A stretch of DNA of 64,000 bases. Source: Promethearchaeota archaeon. Its GTDB lineage: Archaea > Asgardarchaeota > Lokiarchaeia > Sigyniarchaeales > SOKP01. The notes below the pieces were generated by a model. It saw only the letters and a list, made by a program, of their open reading frames with translations. It was not told the origin of the DNA and did no database searches. The position numbers and the translations under genes are program-made. This document shows, piece after piece, positions 20,761 to 30,495 of the stretch. Location: NCBI GenBank assembly GCA_016840085.1, contig JAEOTA010000055.1, forward strand, positions 31,356 to 95,355, given 5' to 3'. Every line of letters starts with the position of its first letter. The stretch's first letter is position 1.

Positions 20761-21786
20761 CTACAATTTCTCTATTATCTCCTTTTTACCTGTTTCTGAA
20801 GATTTATATAATGCTGATACTAAAATTAAAGCTTTAGAGCTTTCTTCTATTGTATTCAAGTATGGTTTGTCTTTTAGAACCCAATCACCAAACGCTTTTA
20901 CTGACCTCCCAAAGTGGGAAAATCCTTTTGTATCTTTTTTAATTTTATATTTTCTAATCCCTTTCCAAGTTAATGAAGATTTTGGCCAAGGTCCCCTATA
21001 GTAGCATCTCCCTTTCTTTCCAAAAATTTCTAATTCTACTTTTTCTTTAAACTTATCATAAGGTGGTGTAATGAACGTTGAATCATTAATTTGAGCATGA
21101 ACCCCATTTTCAAATTCTATTATACCTAAGGCAAAGTCTTCTACTTCAATATTTTTGAACTTCTTGTTATCAATTTTTCCTATTACTGATTTGGGTTCAC
21201 CAAAAGCCCATATCATAATATCAACCATATGTGACCCCTGAGTTAATAGAGTTCCACCACCAGCGGTTTCTTTTTTTATCCTCCAAGGTCCCCTTTCATA
21301 ATAAGATTCATCTCTGCTGAAAAATAAATTACAATTGGCATAATATATTTCATCTAAATATCCTCCTTGAATAGCTCTGACTAAACGATAACAATTATGA
21401 TCATATCTATAATTATAATTGAATCCCAATTTTAAATCAGGATATTGAAGATCTAAGTCCCTAATTTTTCTAGCATCATCTACCGAAACTCCAACAGGTT
21501 TTTCACATAGTACATGCTTTCCATGTTCAAAAGCTTGTTTTATCATAGGTCTATGGAGATGATGAGGTGTAGATATATAAACAGCATCTATTTCTTCATT
21601 TCTATACATTTCTTCAATATCAATACACGCATTTTTTTTACCAGCTATTTTAATTGCTCTATTAATGTTTAAGTCTGCAGCAGCAACGATTTTAGTGTTT
21701 TTTATTATTCTTGACGCAAGTTTATACATCCCAGTTATCCACCCGCAACCTATTACCCCGACTTTAATGAAATTTTTAGTTTTCAT
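20761..21786 (-). CDS. Gfo/Idh/MocA NAD(P)-dependent oxidoreductase
   Basis: GVIGCG, HVLCEKP, GGGTLLTQGSHMVD. Confidence 0.92.
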   Translation of the reverse strand: MKTKNFIKVGVIGCGWITGMYKLASRIIKNTKIVAAADLNINRAIKIAGKKNACIDIEEMYRNEEIDAVYISTPHHLHRPMIKQAFEHGKHVLCEKPVGVSVDDARKIRDLDLQYPDLKLGFNYNYRYDHNCYRLVRAIQGGYLDEIYYANCNLFFSRDESYYERGPWRIKKETAGGGTLLTQGSHMVDIMIWAFGEPKSVIGKIDNKKFKNIEVEDFALGIIEFENGVHAQINDSTFITPPYDKFKEKVELEIFGKKGRCYYRGPWPKSSLTWKGIRKYKIKKDTKGFSHFGRSVKAFGDWVLKDKPYLNTIEESSKALILVSALYKSSETGKKEIIEKL

Positions 21787-21801
21787 TTTACTTCACCACT
21801 C

Positions 21802-22437
21802 TTATTGTCCTTCTAATACCCATTTTACAGAATTTCTTATGATTTCCCGAAAGATTTCATTTTTTAAAGATTTGGCTTGGTGACCTAAAGCACAGAATGC
21901 AACTTTCCCTTTACCATAGGTTTTTACCCAAATAATTGGTTCAGGATCAGGATCTTCTTCATCATGATAATAAGCTTCTGCTAAAACTTTCATATCTCCT
22001 TTCATAGAGAAATCATGTCTATAAGGTTCATCAAAAAAAGTAAAGTCATCCAAATTTGCTGTGATAGGGTGTTCTTTATCTAAGATTTTTATGTCTATAT
22101 TACACTTCGTTTTATGCCCTATAAAACGCCCTCCAATCATTTCATAATATTTGGGATGCTCTTTAAAAGAAGCTGAAGCACCATGTAATCCTATAAATCC
22201 TTTTCCGCTGGCAATAAAATCTAACACATTTTTTTCTTGTGCTTCAGTAAATTCACCGAATTGCGTAAAAAAGATAGTTGTATCATATTCAAAAAATTCT
22301 CTATTATTATTAAAGATCTCGACATCTTTATAATTATCAACGAAATAATCATTCAAAATGTCTTGAAAATAGGAATATGTCTTACTACTAAAAAAATATC
22401 TACCTCTTTGACACAGTAAAATCTTCTTTTTCCCCAT
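21802..22437 (-). CDS. ThuA-like domain protein
   Basis: GKGFIGLHGAS, MIGGRFIGH, DEPY, YGKGKVAFCALGH. Confidence 0.9.
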   Translation of the reverse strand: MGKKKILLCQRGRYFFSSKTYSYFQDILNDYFVDNYKDVEIFNNNREFFEYDTTIFFTQFGEFTEAQEKNVLDFIASGKGFIGLHGASASFKEHPKYYEMIGGRFIGHKTKCNIDIKILDKEHPITANLDDFTFFDEPYRHDFSMKGDMKVLAEAYYHDEEDPDPEPIIWVKTYGKGKVAFCALGHQAKSLKNEIFREIIRNSVKWVLEGQ

Positions 22438-22495
22438 AAATCATCATAAGAAAAAATGAAAAGTTCTTTATTAAGGGTTCTCTAAATATAAACTA

Positions 22496-23866
22496 ATGAA
22501 TTCAAATCCTAAGCATACACAATTTGAATCTTTCAAGTATAAAACTCTTAGAGATTTAGAGATAAAAGTTCATGAATTAGGATTAGAAATTCCAATCAGT
22601 AATGATTTTGAAGTTTTAAAGCAAAATATAAATGCTGATAATTGGATAATTCCAAACAGGTTATCAATACAACCGATGGAAGGTTTTGATTCAAATCTAA
22701 ATGGTTCACCGGGTGTCTTAACTTATCGACGGTATGAAAGATATGCAAAAGGCGGTGCTGGTTTAATTTGGTTTGAGGCAACTGCAATTAATAAAGATTG
22801 CCAATCAAATCCTCATCAATTAATGCTCTCAATGGAAAATTCCAAAGAATTTGAAGATTTAGTTTCAAATACACGGGAAATTTGCAATAGGACTTTAAAT
22901 GAATTAGGATTCAAACAGAAGTGTGTTTTAATATTACAATTAAATCATTCGGGAAGATATAGCGTAAGAGAGGGTAAAAAATTTCCAATTCGCGCCTACC
23001 ATAATTCTGAATTAGATAATTCAAGAGGCCTTTCAGTAAAAGATGGTATTATAATAACTGACAATGATTTGGAAAGTTTAGAAGATATTTGGGTTCAAAA
23101 GGCTCTTTTAGCAAAAGAAGTAGGTTTTGATGGAGTAGATATTAAGTCCTGTCATGGTTATTTAATCCATGAATTATTAAGTTCAAGAGTGCGTGTGAAT
23201 TCTATTTATGGCGGTGAATCTTTAGATAATAGAGCGAAGTTTTTCCTAAACATTATTTACAAATTGAAAAAAGAGCTTGCAAATAACACAGATTTTTTAA
23301 TAACTACAAGAATGAGCTTATATGATGGAATACCTTATCCTAATGGATTTGGAGTAAAAAATATTGTAAATGAAGTCTTTCCAGCATCAATCGATCTTTC
23401 CGAACCATTGGAATTAATCAAGAGACTTTATAACCTTGGTATGAGATTGATTAACATTACCGTCGGTAATCCACATTATAAACCTCACATTACAAGACCA
23501 TTTGATATACCTACAAAAGGAGGAAATCTACCAAATGAACATCCCCTATATGGAGTAAATAGGCTTATTAGGTTAACATCTTTGATTAAGCAGCAAATAC
23601 CTGAAGATATAAAAATAATTGGCTCAGGCTATTCTTATTTACGTCAATTTGCCGGTAATATAATTGCGGGGTTAATTCATGAAAATAAAGTCGATATTTG
23701 TGGATTTGGTAGAATGGCCTTAGCAAATCCTAACTTTCCAAAACAAATTTTTCAAGAAGGATTTATTGATAAGAAACAAGTTTGTATAACCTGTTCAAAA
23801 TGTTCTGAACTTATGAAAATAGGGAATAATGTAGGCTGTGTTTCAAGAGATCCTCAATACCAATAG
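22496..23866 (+). CDS. Flavin oxidoreductase/NADH oxidase (OYE-like)
   Basis: QPMEGFD, QLNHSGRY, DIKSCHGYL, CITCSKC. Confidence 0.88.
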   Translation: MNSNPKHTQFESFKYKTLRDLEIKVHELGLEIPISNDFEVLKQNINADNWIIPNRLSIQPMEGFDSNLNGSPGVLTYRRYERYAKGGAGLIWFEATAINKDCQSNPHQLMLSMENSKEFEDLVSNTREICNRTLNELGFKQKCVLILQLNHSGRYSVREGKKFPIRAYHNSELDNSRGLSVKDGIIITDNDLESLEDIWVQKALLAKEVGFDGVDIKSCHGYLIHELLSSRVRVNSIYGGESLDNRAKFFLNIIYKLKKELANNTDFLITTRMSLYDGIPYPNGFGVKNIVNEVFPASIDLSEPLELIKRLYNLGMRLINITVGNPHYKPHITRPFDIPTKGGNLPNEHPLYGVNRLIRLTSLIKQQIPEDIKIIGSGYSYLRQFAGNIIAGLIHENKVDICGFGRMALANPNFPKQIFQEGFIDKKQVCITCSKCSELMKIGNNVGCVSRDPQYQ

Positions 23867-24003
23867 CTTTTTTATCTAATTTTTATTATTATTAGAAGCT
23901 TTTCTAATGGTTCGAACTTTTTGAAAAGTTATGCATCAAGAACTATATATGTAATTGAATCTAGATTATAATTAATAAACAACCAAAAAAAAAGGTCAAA
24001 AAA

Positions 24004-24075
24004 ATGAGAAAAAATACAAAAAAAGCATTAGTTAATGCTGGTATGAATCAAGTTTTTCGAGCTTTAACCAGATAA
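24004..24075 (+). CDS. Putative 23-aa basic small protein MRKNTKKALVNAGMNQVFRALTR
   Basis: AAGGT RBS-like site just upstream of the ATG, TATA-like TTATAA near 23966, T-rich tract directly after TAA. Confidence 0.5.
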   Translation: MRKNTKKALVNAGMNQVFRALTR

Positions 24076-24076
24076 A

Positions 24077-24108
24077 TTTTTTTCTTTATTCTTTTTTTAT
24101 TCTATTTT
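24077..24108 (+). terminator. Oligo-T archaeal terminator-like tract after the small ORF
   Basis: TTTTTTTCTTTATTCTTTTTTTATTCTATTTT immediately after the stop codon. Confidence 0.45.
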
Positions 24109-24209
24109 TAATTGTAATTTCATATTCTTTAAGTCTTAATATATTACTTTCTTGTCAAAATCCCTGAGAGGACCTGTTTTTAAATATTAGGAAATATTCA
24201 TTAGGGATA

Positions 24210-26546
24210 ATGGAGATATTTAGCACCAATAAAAAATCAGTAATAGTTTTGATTTGTTCAACTGTTATCATACTAATTGTCATTTCTTGTTGGAAAATTA
24301 TTATTTCAAGCAGTATCGGTGGGTTTCTTATAATTTTCCTTTTTGGAATTTATACTTTATCATCTATTAATTTATTCAATAACATTCTAATCTTATTGTT
24401 TGCAATCTATTTACTATTCAAAATATATAATCTAAATTCAAATCATAATTCTAAAAAGAAAAAATTCCCAAAGTTATTTTTCGTATTTCTAATCTTAATT
24501 CTACCACAATTTTTTATCCCTAAACAGGATTACTCAGAGCCTAAGATTAGTCAAGGGCAGTGGGAATTTTCAATGAGAACTAATTTCAATCGCACTATTG
24601 ATTTATTTGAGACATTTAATGCTACAAGTGGATTTAGGCAACGACAAGAAATATATTTGAATGATAGTAAAAATAGTGATGACATATATGCACAGGCTGC
24701 TCGTGTGTATTTAGGTTTAAATGTTAGCGAGGAGAGTTTTGAAAATTCTCTTTATAAGATAAATAATTTTAAGGATTGTTTAGATTTTAGATTGAATTCT
24801 CTCTTACGTTTGATATATTTTGATATAAATAAGGACATTTTAGGGTCAACAATAAGAAACAGGATTATTGATGCCCTTGGTAAAACTAAATATTGGTATA
24901 CAGAACCGACAAGAGACGATATGATATTTTATACAGAAAATCATCAGATTCTCTTTCATACAGCAGAATTACTCATTGGACAACTTTTTCCGAATGATAC
25001 TTTTGTTAATTCAGGGATGACAGGTATTGAACACGTAAATCATGCAATACCTTTAATTAAAAGATGGCTTGATTGGCGTGCACAATTCGGTTTTGCAGAA
25101 TGGCATTCAAACACATATTATACAGAAGATATTGCTGCATTAGTTAATCTAGTCGACTTTTCTGAAGATCCAGTGGTTGTGTATAAAGCTGCTATGGTAA
25201 TGGATATCATTGCTTTTGATTTTGCCAATAATTATTATAAAGGTAGATATGCTACTACTCATGGTCGCGCCTATGATAGATCAAAATTAGGAACTAGTGC
25301 TGTATCACCCGCTTCAAGAGATAGCACTTCTGAATCAGCATGGATTATGCTTGGAATCGGAGAACACAATCCTAATGATAACCATAATCTTGCCGCAGTT
25401 GCTTTAGGTACAAGTGATCATTATGCTCCTCCACCTATTTTAGAGGATATAGCAAATAATGCAACTTTATATAATGAACATAAGGAACGAAACAGTATTA
25501 ATATGGATGAAGGTTCTTTATATGATATAGAGTACAATGAAGAAGATTTAATGTTCTGGTTGGGTATGTCTGCAGTTCTACCACCACAAACAATAGAAGA
25601 TGTATTTAATCTAGTAGAGAAATATAATATAAAATCAGATAATATGTATGGTCCAAAATTAATTTCTGATTTTTTTAAAACATCTGCCTTTTTACACGGT
25701 ATTCCACTAAATAAATATTCTGAGAAATTAAAACTCATTACCCAAGGTATTTGTTTGGAGACCTCAAATACTTATACATATAGAACTCCTTATTATCAGC
25801 TTTCTGGCTCTCAGGACCACCAAAAGGGGATGAATAGCTATCAGGAACATATCTGGCAAGCTTCCTTAGATGATAGTGCATTTGTATATACCAATTCTCC
25901 AGGAGGTCTCACTAAGGATTTTGAACAAGAATATGTAGGGGGATGGAATCCTCGTGCGACATTATATAAAAATATGGGAATTATCCAATATGACCGTGAA
26001 ACGCTTCCATTAGAGGGAGAACTGCTTCTCTATTTTTTAAACCTCTTTACTGGTAAAAAGTTTTACCAGCACGCATATTTTCCTCGCTGGGCTTTTGATG
26101 AGTGGGAACAACATGGTAAATGGACATTTGGTGCCAGAGAGGATGGGTACATTGCTTTATATTCCTATAAAAATACTAAATGGGTTTCAAATTATGAACT
26201 TCGAGTAAATGATTATAAAAATGTATGGATAATAGAGTTAGGCAGTATTGATGAATATAGTTCCTTTAATCAATTTATATCAGAGATTTCACAATCTCAA
26301 GTAAAAATAATTCCTCAAGCGCTAGGTTATTATGTGCAATATAATTCACCTTCTCAAGGTTTGGTAAGTGTAACTTGGAATAATCCTATGTATGTTAATG
26401 ATAATGAAATTGAATTGGGACCTTATCCTCGTTTTAACAATGAATACTGTTATCAAGATTTTGGAACTAAAACAACAATTATCGAATTCGAAAATCAAAG
26501 GTTAGAGCTAAATTTTAGCAATTATTCAAGAATATACAATGATTAA
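24210..26546 (+). CDS. Membrane-anchored uncharacterised protein, heparinase II/III-like (alpha-toroid plus beta-sandwich)
   Basis: N-terminal TM helices; TENHQILFH, GFAEWHSNTYY, THGRAY, QEHIWQA. Confidence 0.55.
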   Translation: MEIFSTNKKSVIVLICSTVIILIVISCWKIIISSSIGGFLIIFLFGIYTLSSINLFNNILILLFAIYLLFKIYNLNSNHNSKKKKFPKLFFVFLILILPQFFIPKQDYSEPKISQGQWEFSMRTNFNRTIDLFETFNATSGFRQRQEIYLNDSKNSDDIYAQAARVYLGLNVSEESFENSLYKINNFKDCLDFRLNSLLRLIYFDINKDILGSTIRNRIIDALGKTKYWYTEPTRDDMIFYTENHQILFHTAELLIGQLFPNDTFVNSGMTGIEHVNHAIPLIKRWLDWRAQFGFAEWHSNTYYTEDIAALVNLVDFSEDPVVVYKAAMVMDIIAFDFANNYYKGRYATTHGRAYDRSKLGTSAVSPASRDSTSESAWIMLGIGEHNPNDNHNLAAVALGTSDHYAPPPILEDIANNATLYNEHKERNSINMDEGSLYDIEYNEEDLMFWLGMSAVLPPQTIEDVFNLVEKYNIKSDNMYGPKLISDFFKTSAFLHGIPLNKYSEKLKLITQGICLETSNTYTYRTPYYQLSGSQDHQKGMNSYQEHIWQASLDDSAFVYTNSPGGLTKDFEQEYVGGWNPRATLYKNMGIIQYDRETLPLEGELLLYFLNLFTGKKFYQHAYFPRWAFDEWEQHGKWTFGAREDGYIALYSYKNTKWVSNYELRVNDYKNVWIIELGSIDEYSSFNQFISEISQSQVKIIPQALGYYVQYNSPSQGLVSVTWNNPMYVNDNEIELGPYPRFNNEYCYQDFGTKTTIIEFENQRLELNFSNYSRIYND

Positions 26547-26564
26547 AATGAAAGGTGGTAAATT

Positions 26565-27428
26565 TTGAAACTCAGAGATTATTTAAAATCGTTTAAACCG
26601 GCAATAAAGGGCAGTATAATGGTTTTTATTGGCATATTCCTTTCTCGTAAAGGCATGAGTATTGAAATTTTTACTACAAATGTTATGTTTGGTCCTCTTG
26701 CATATTTATTCTTAGCTTTATCAGGAATCATAGCAATAAAAATACTCCAGATCGCAGAGAATCCCTCTTACGATGGTCGAGTTTCTATTCACCAAGCAAA
26801 ATTCCTGCTTGGAATAATTTATCTTATTGGATTTATCTTAACAATTACTAATGTGATTATAAACTCTACCATCTATTATCTTAATATTCTTGTAATAGCT
26901 TTTGTTGTTCCACTTGGTATTCTCTGGGTTGCTTTAGGTTACTATGCTTTTAAGATTAAGAAAAATAGTGAGTTGATTAAAATGATGGTTACAAGTCTTA
27001 TATTTTCGCTAGGGATACTTTATGGCGCACTACTACATTCCATATTAATTCCATTATTTGTGTATTTCTTCTTTCTAACCGTTTCTTTTTTGCAACTATC
27101 ACGAGAATTAGTAAAAGATCTACCAAACAGAGATCAACCTGAAGGAGTGGTAATAATCAAAAGAGGAGATGATATGTATAATAGTCTTAAATCCTCTTTA
27201 ATTCTCCAATTTTTAGCTATTACTTTTTTTATACTACCAGTTTTCACAAATATTGCATATCCGCTCTTATATCTCTTCCTTATGGTTGTTGGCGTAATTA
27301 TTACTGGATTAGCATCTATTTTAACATTGAAAAGTTTATTTGAAAGAAAATTGTTCAATAACATTGGACTAATATTAAAAATTGGAATACTTATAGAACT
27401 AATCACTTTTATACTAATAGGTAGCTAG
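26565..27428 (+). CDS. Degenerate UbiA-family prenyltransferase (DGGGP-synthase-like) membrane protein
   Basis: About 8 TMs; SRELVKDL matches REIxKD; GRVS; Asp-rich motifs eroded. Confidence 0.55.
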   Translation: MKLRDYLKSFKPAIKGSIMVFIGIFLSRKGMSIEIFTTNVMFGPLAYLFLALSGIIAIKILQIAENPSYDGRVSIHQAKFLLGIIYLIGFILTITNVIINSTIYYLNILVIAFVVPLGILWVALGYYAFKIKKNSELIKMMVTSLIFSLGILYGALLHSILIPLFVYFFFLTVSFLQLSRELVKDLPNRDQPEGVVIIKRGDDMYNSLKSSLILQFLAITFFILPVFTNIAYPLLYLFLMVVGVIITGLASILTLKSLFERKLFNNIGLILKIGILIELITFILIGS

Positions 27429-27565
27429 ACGTCCAATAATTTAAAAACTTTTGAATATTCAAAAAATAAAAAATTAAGAGAAGTATAGTAATTACTAATT
27501 TCATTTATTCCGTCTTAAACAGTAAAATTATTAATAGTATAGAAGGTTTATTAACTATTAAAAAA

Positions 27566-28678
27566 ATGAAAGGATTATCAATAATGATACCTAAACGAAC
27601 TAAAAGGATTACTTCAGAATGGCTTAATTCAGTTCTTCATAACTCGGGATATTTTAAAGATGTCAATATCAAATCAATTTCGAGGGAACCATGGGGTGCA
27701 GGCGAAGGATTTGTGAGTGATATGGCAAGATTAACAATAACATATGACAAGGAATCTCCTGAACTCCCGAAAACTATGATTGTAAAAATGCCAACAACTT
27801 TTAGAACCGCTTTAGCAATCGCACTTCAATATAATCTTTATGAAAAGGAGATAAGATTTTATATCGATGTAGCACCAAAAAGCCCTATACGAGTTCCTGA
27901 ACTTATATATTCCGATATTGATTCAGAAAATAAAAAATACATTCTCATCCTTGAAGATTGTTCGTGTTATACGCAGATAGACCAGATTGAAGGTTTGAAT
28001 CAAGAGCAAACGAAACTTACGATAGATGCTATAGCAGAATTTCATGCACGATGGTGGGATGCTCCAGATCTTTATTCTTTTGAGTGGATTTCTAAACCAA
28101 GGGATAAATATGCAATGGCTTTAATTGATACCTATCGTACTGACTGGGATCTCTCAATAAAATCTGAAGAATTCAAAGAAATCCTCCCCGAAGGTGGTCA
28201 AAAAGTCGGAGAAAAGATATCGGAACAGTTCCAATGGTTAGTTGAGGATATTCCAGATGATAATTTGACTATTGCTCACTTTGACTTTCGAGTAGACAAT
28301 TTATTTTTCGATTTTGAGAATAAAGAAAATCCTATAATAGTATTTGATTGGGGATCAGCAATTATTAACGGAGGTATTCTGGATATTGCATATTTGTTAG
28401 GAGAAAGTTTAAAAATTGATTTGAGACGGAAGATTGAAAAGGAAATGGTTAAACATTATATAAAAAGACTTGAAGAAAAAGGCATAACAGGTTTTGATTT
28501 TGATTATGCTTGGGATTTTTACTTAAGATCTTTAATGTGTTATGCGTATATACCTGTTTTAGGATATACACAGTTGGATAGAAGTGATCCAAGGGCAATG
28601 GAATTATTTAAGACAATAACAATAAGGCAGTTTACAGCCATAATCGATAATGATGCGACAAGTGTGTGTCCATCTTAA
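27566..28678 (+). CDS. Phosphotransferase, EcKL/DUF227 (APH/choline kinase-like)
   Basis: IVKMP, EIRFY, ILED, HFDFRVDN, FDWG. Confidence 0.85.
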   Translation: MKGLSIMIPKRTKRITSEWLNSVLHNSGYFKDVNIKSISREPWGAGEGFVSDMARLTITYDKESPELPKTMIVKMPTTFRTALAIALQYNLYEKEIRFYIDVAPKSPIRVPELIYSDIDSENKKYILILEDCSCYTQIDQIEGLNQEQTKLTIDAIAEFHARWWDAPDLYSFEWISKPRDKYAMALIDTYRTDWDLSIKSEEFKEILPEGGQKVGEKISEQFQWLVEDIPDDNLTIAHFDFRVDNLFFDFENKENPIIVFDWGSAIINGGILDIAYLLGESLKIDLRRKIEKEMVKHYIKRLEEKGITGFDFDYAWDFYLRSLMCYAYIPVLGYTQLDRSDPRAMELFKTITIRQFTAIIDNDATSVCPS

Positions 28679-28820
28679 CACTACAATCTACATTTTTTCT
28701 TAAAATCCTAATATTTATGTTAATCTTCTATTTATTTATCCTAAAATGAAAAAATTTAATTTAACATAGAAGATTTATTCAAAATTAATTTAGATTTAAC
28801 TTTTTTAAAAGGTTATAATA

Positions 28821-29705
28821 ATGCCGAAAGCATATGTAAATAATATAGAGATTGAATATGATACTTTTGGAGACCCTTCGTCAAAGCCGTTATTACTAGT
28901 AATGGGACTTGGTGGTCAGATGATTGCTTGGACAGAAGAATTGTGTGAAGTGTTGGTAAACCAAGGATTCTATGTTATTAGATTCGATAACCGAGATGTT
29001 GGATTATCAACAAAATTTGAAGAGGCTGGTATGCCAAATTTGCTGGAAATATATACTGCCATCGCAAGGGGAGAAAAAGTTGAAGTGTCATATACATTAG
29101 AGGATATGGCAGATGATGCAATTGGTGTTTTGGATGAGTTAAATATAGGTAAAGCACACATCTGTGGTGCTTCCATGGGAGGAATGATAGCACAAATTAT
29201 AGCATATAGACATCCTTCTAGAGTTCTAAGCCTTACTTCAATAATGAGTACTACAGGAAATCCTGATTTACCACAACCCACAGATGAATTAATCCAGGAA
29301 TTATTTGCGCCGCTCCCTATGGAGCGTGAGGCTAGTATTGAAGAAGGTGTAAGACGTGGCCGCCTTATATATGGAAATTTTCCTTATAATGAAGAACAAG
29401 CTCGTGAATTGAGGATAAAAGCATATGATCGTTGTTTTTACCCTCAAGGTACTATGCGCCAAGCAGCGGCAATTGCAGTAAATGGGAATAGAAAATCCAA
29501 ATTAGCATCAATAAACGTTCCTACACTTGTAATTCATGGAAGAGAGGATCCGCTTGTTCCTGTTGAAGGTGGAAAAGATACCGCAGAAGCAATACCTGGT
29601 GCAGAATTGTTAATTATAGAGGGAATGGGGCATAGTTTTCCTCCAGAAGTAGCACCTCAAATTGTAGAAGCAATAGTTGCTAATACAGCCAAAGCTGACA
29701 ACTAA
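28821..29705 (+). CDS. Alpha/beta hydrolase (RdmC-like esterase)
   Basis: MGLGGQ, DNRDVGLS, GASMGG, GREDP, GMGH. Confidence 0.92.
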   Translation: MPKAYVNNIEIEYDTFGDPSSKPLLLVMGLGGQMIAWTEELCEVLVNQGFYVIRFDNRDVGLSTKFEEAGMPNLLEIYTAIARGEKVEVSYTLEDMADDAIGVLDELNIGKAHICGASMGGMIAQIIAYRHPSRVLSLTSIMSTTGNPDLPQPTDELIQELFAPLPMEREASIEEGVRRGRLIYGNFPYNEEQARELRIKAYDRCFYPQGTMRQAAAIAVNGNRKSKLASINVPTLVIHGREDPLVPVEGGKDTAEAIPGAELLIIEGMGHSFPPEVAPQIVEAIVANTAKADN

Positions 29706-29716
29706 TAATCTCAAAT

Positions 29717-30445
29717 TTAAATTTTTTTTTTATTTTTCCACCAGTGTGGAAGTTCTATTGGTTTTAATTCACCATAATCTAATAACAGAATATGATCTTC
29801 TTCAAATGTAAAGGCAAACCCTCCAAGAAATTTGACCCACCTCTCGTCTGGAGGAAGTCCAAACCATCCAAATCTAAAACTCATCAAGTGCCAATCATGA
29901 GTAATATAAATATCTAAACCCTTTTCAGGGGCATCTTTAAGTTGATTCCATATAAGATGAGCTGAATTTTGAGCATATTGTATAAACGGTGTCCATTCCT
30001 CGGGAAGATAAAAACCAGCAGCCCAACGGAATAAAAGTTCTTTAAAATGATAGTTTTTAAATTGCTCTAAAAAAGATCGATTATCAATTCCAATATCATA
30101 TAGAGGAGCAAATTCTCCTTTTAATTCGCTTTTCCCCCCTTTGTTTAAAAACCCTTTATGAATATTTTCTGCTGTTTCTTCACATCGCCATATTATACTA
30201 TGAAAAATCCTAATTGGTCTGTGTTTAGGTAGATTTTCACCAAATTTTTCTGCAGCAGCATGACCTTCTGGAGTTAGTCTTAATTTATGGACTTTATCTA
30301 GGAATTCTGGTTCTGGTTCATTTCTATGAGAATGCCTCAAGATCAAAATTAATTTTGAATCTTCAGAAAATTTACTAAGTCCATTGATGATACTACGCGC
30401 ATGATTAGTCCAGTCGCTAGTGTTCCAAATCTTTTCAATATTCAT
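29717..30445 (-). CDS. Histidine phosphatase family protein
   Basis: LRHS, LTPEG, SIIWRCEETA, ITHD. Confidence 0.85.
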   Translation of the reverse strand: MNIEKIWNTSDWTNHARSIINGLSKFSEDSKLILILRHSHRNEPEPEFLDKVHKLRLTPEGHAAAEKFGENLPKHRPIRIFHSIIWRCEETAENIHKGFLNKGGKSELKGEFAPLYDIGIDNRSFLEQFKNYHFKELLFRWAAGFYLPEEWTPFIQYAQNSAHLIWNQLKDAPEKGLDIYITHDWHLMSFRFGWFGLPPDERWVKFLGGFAFTFEEDHILLLDYGELKPIELPHWWKNKKKI

Positions 30446-30495
30446 ATGATATCAATAATAGAATTTTTTTAAGAATATAAATTAAGAATATAATT

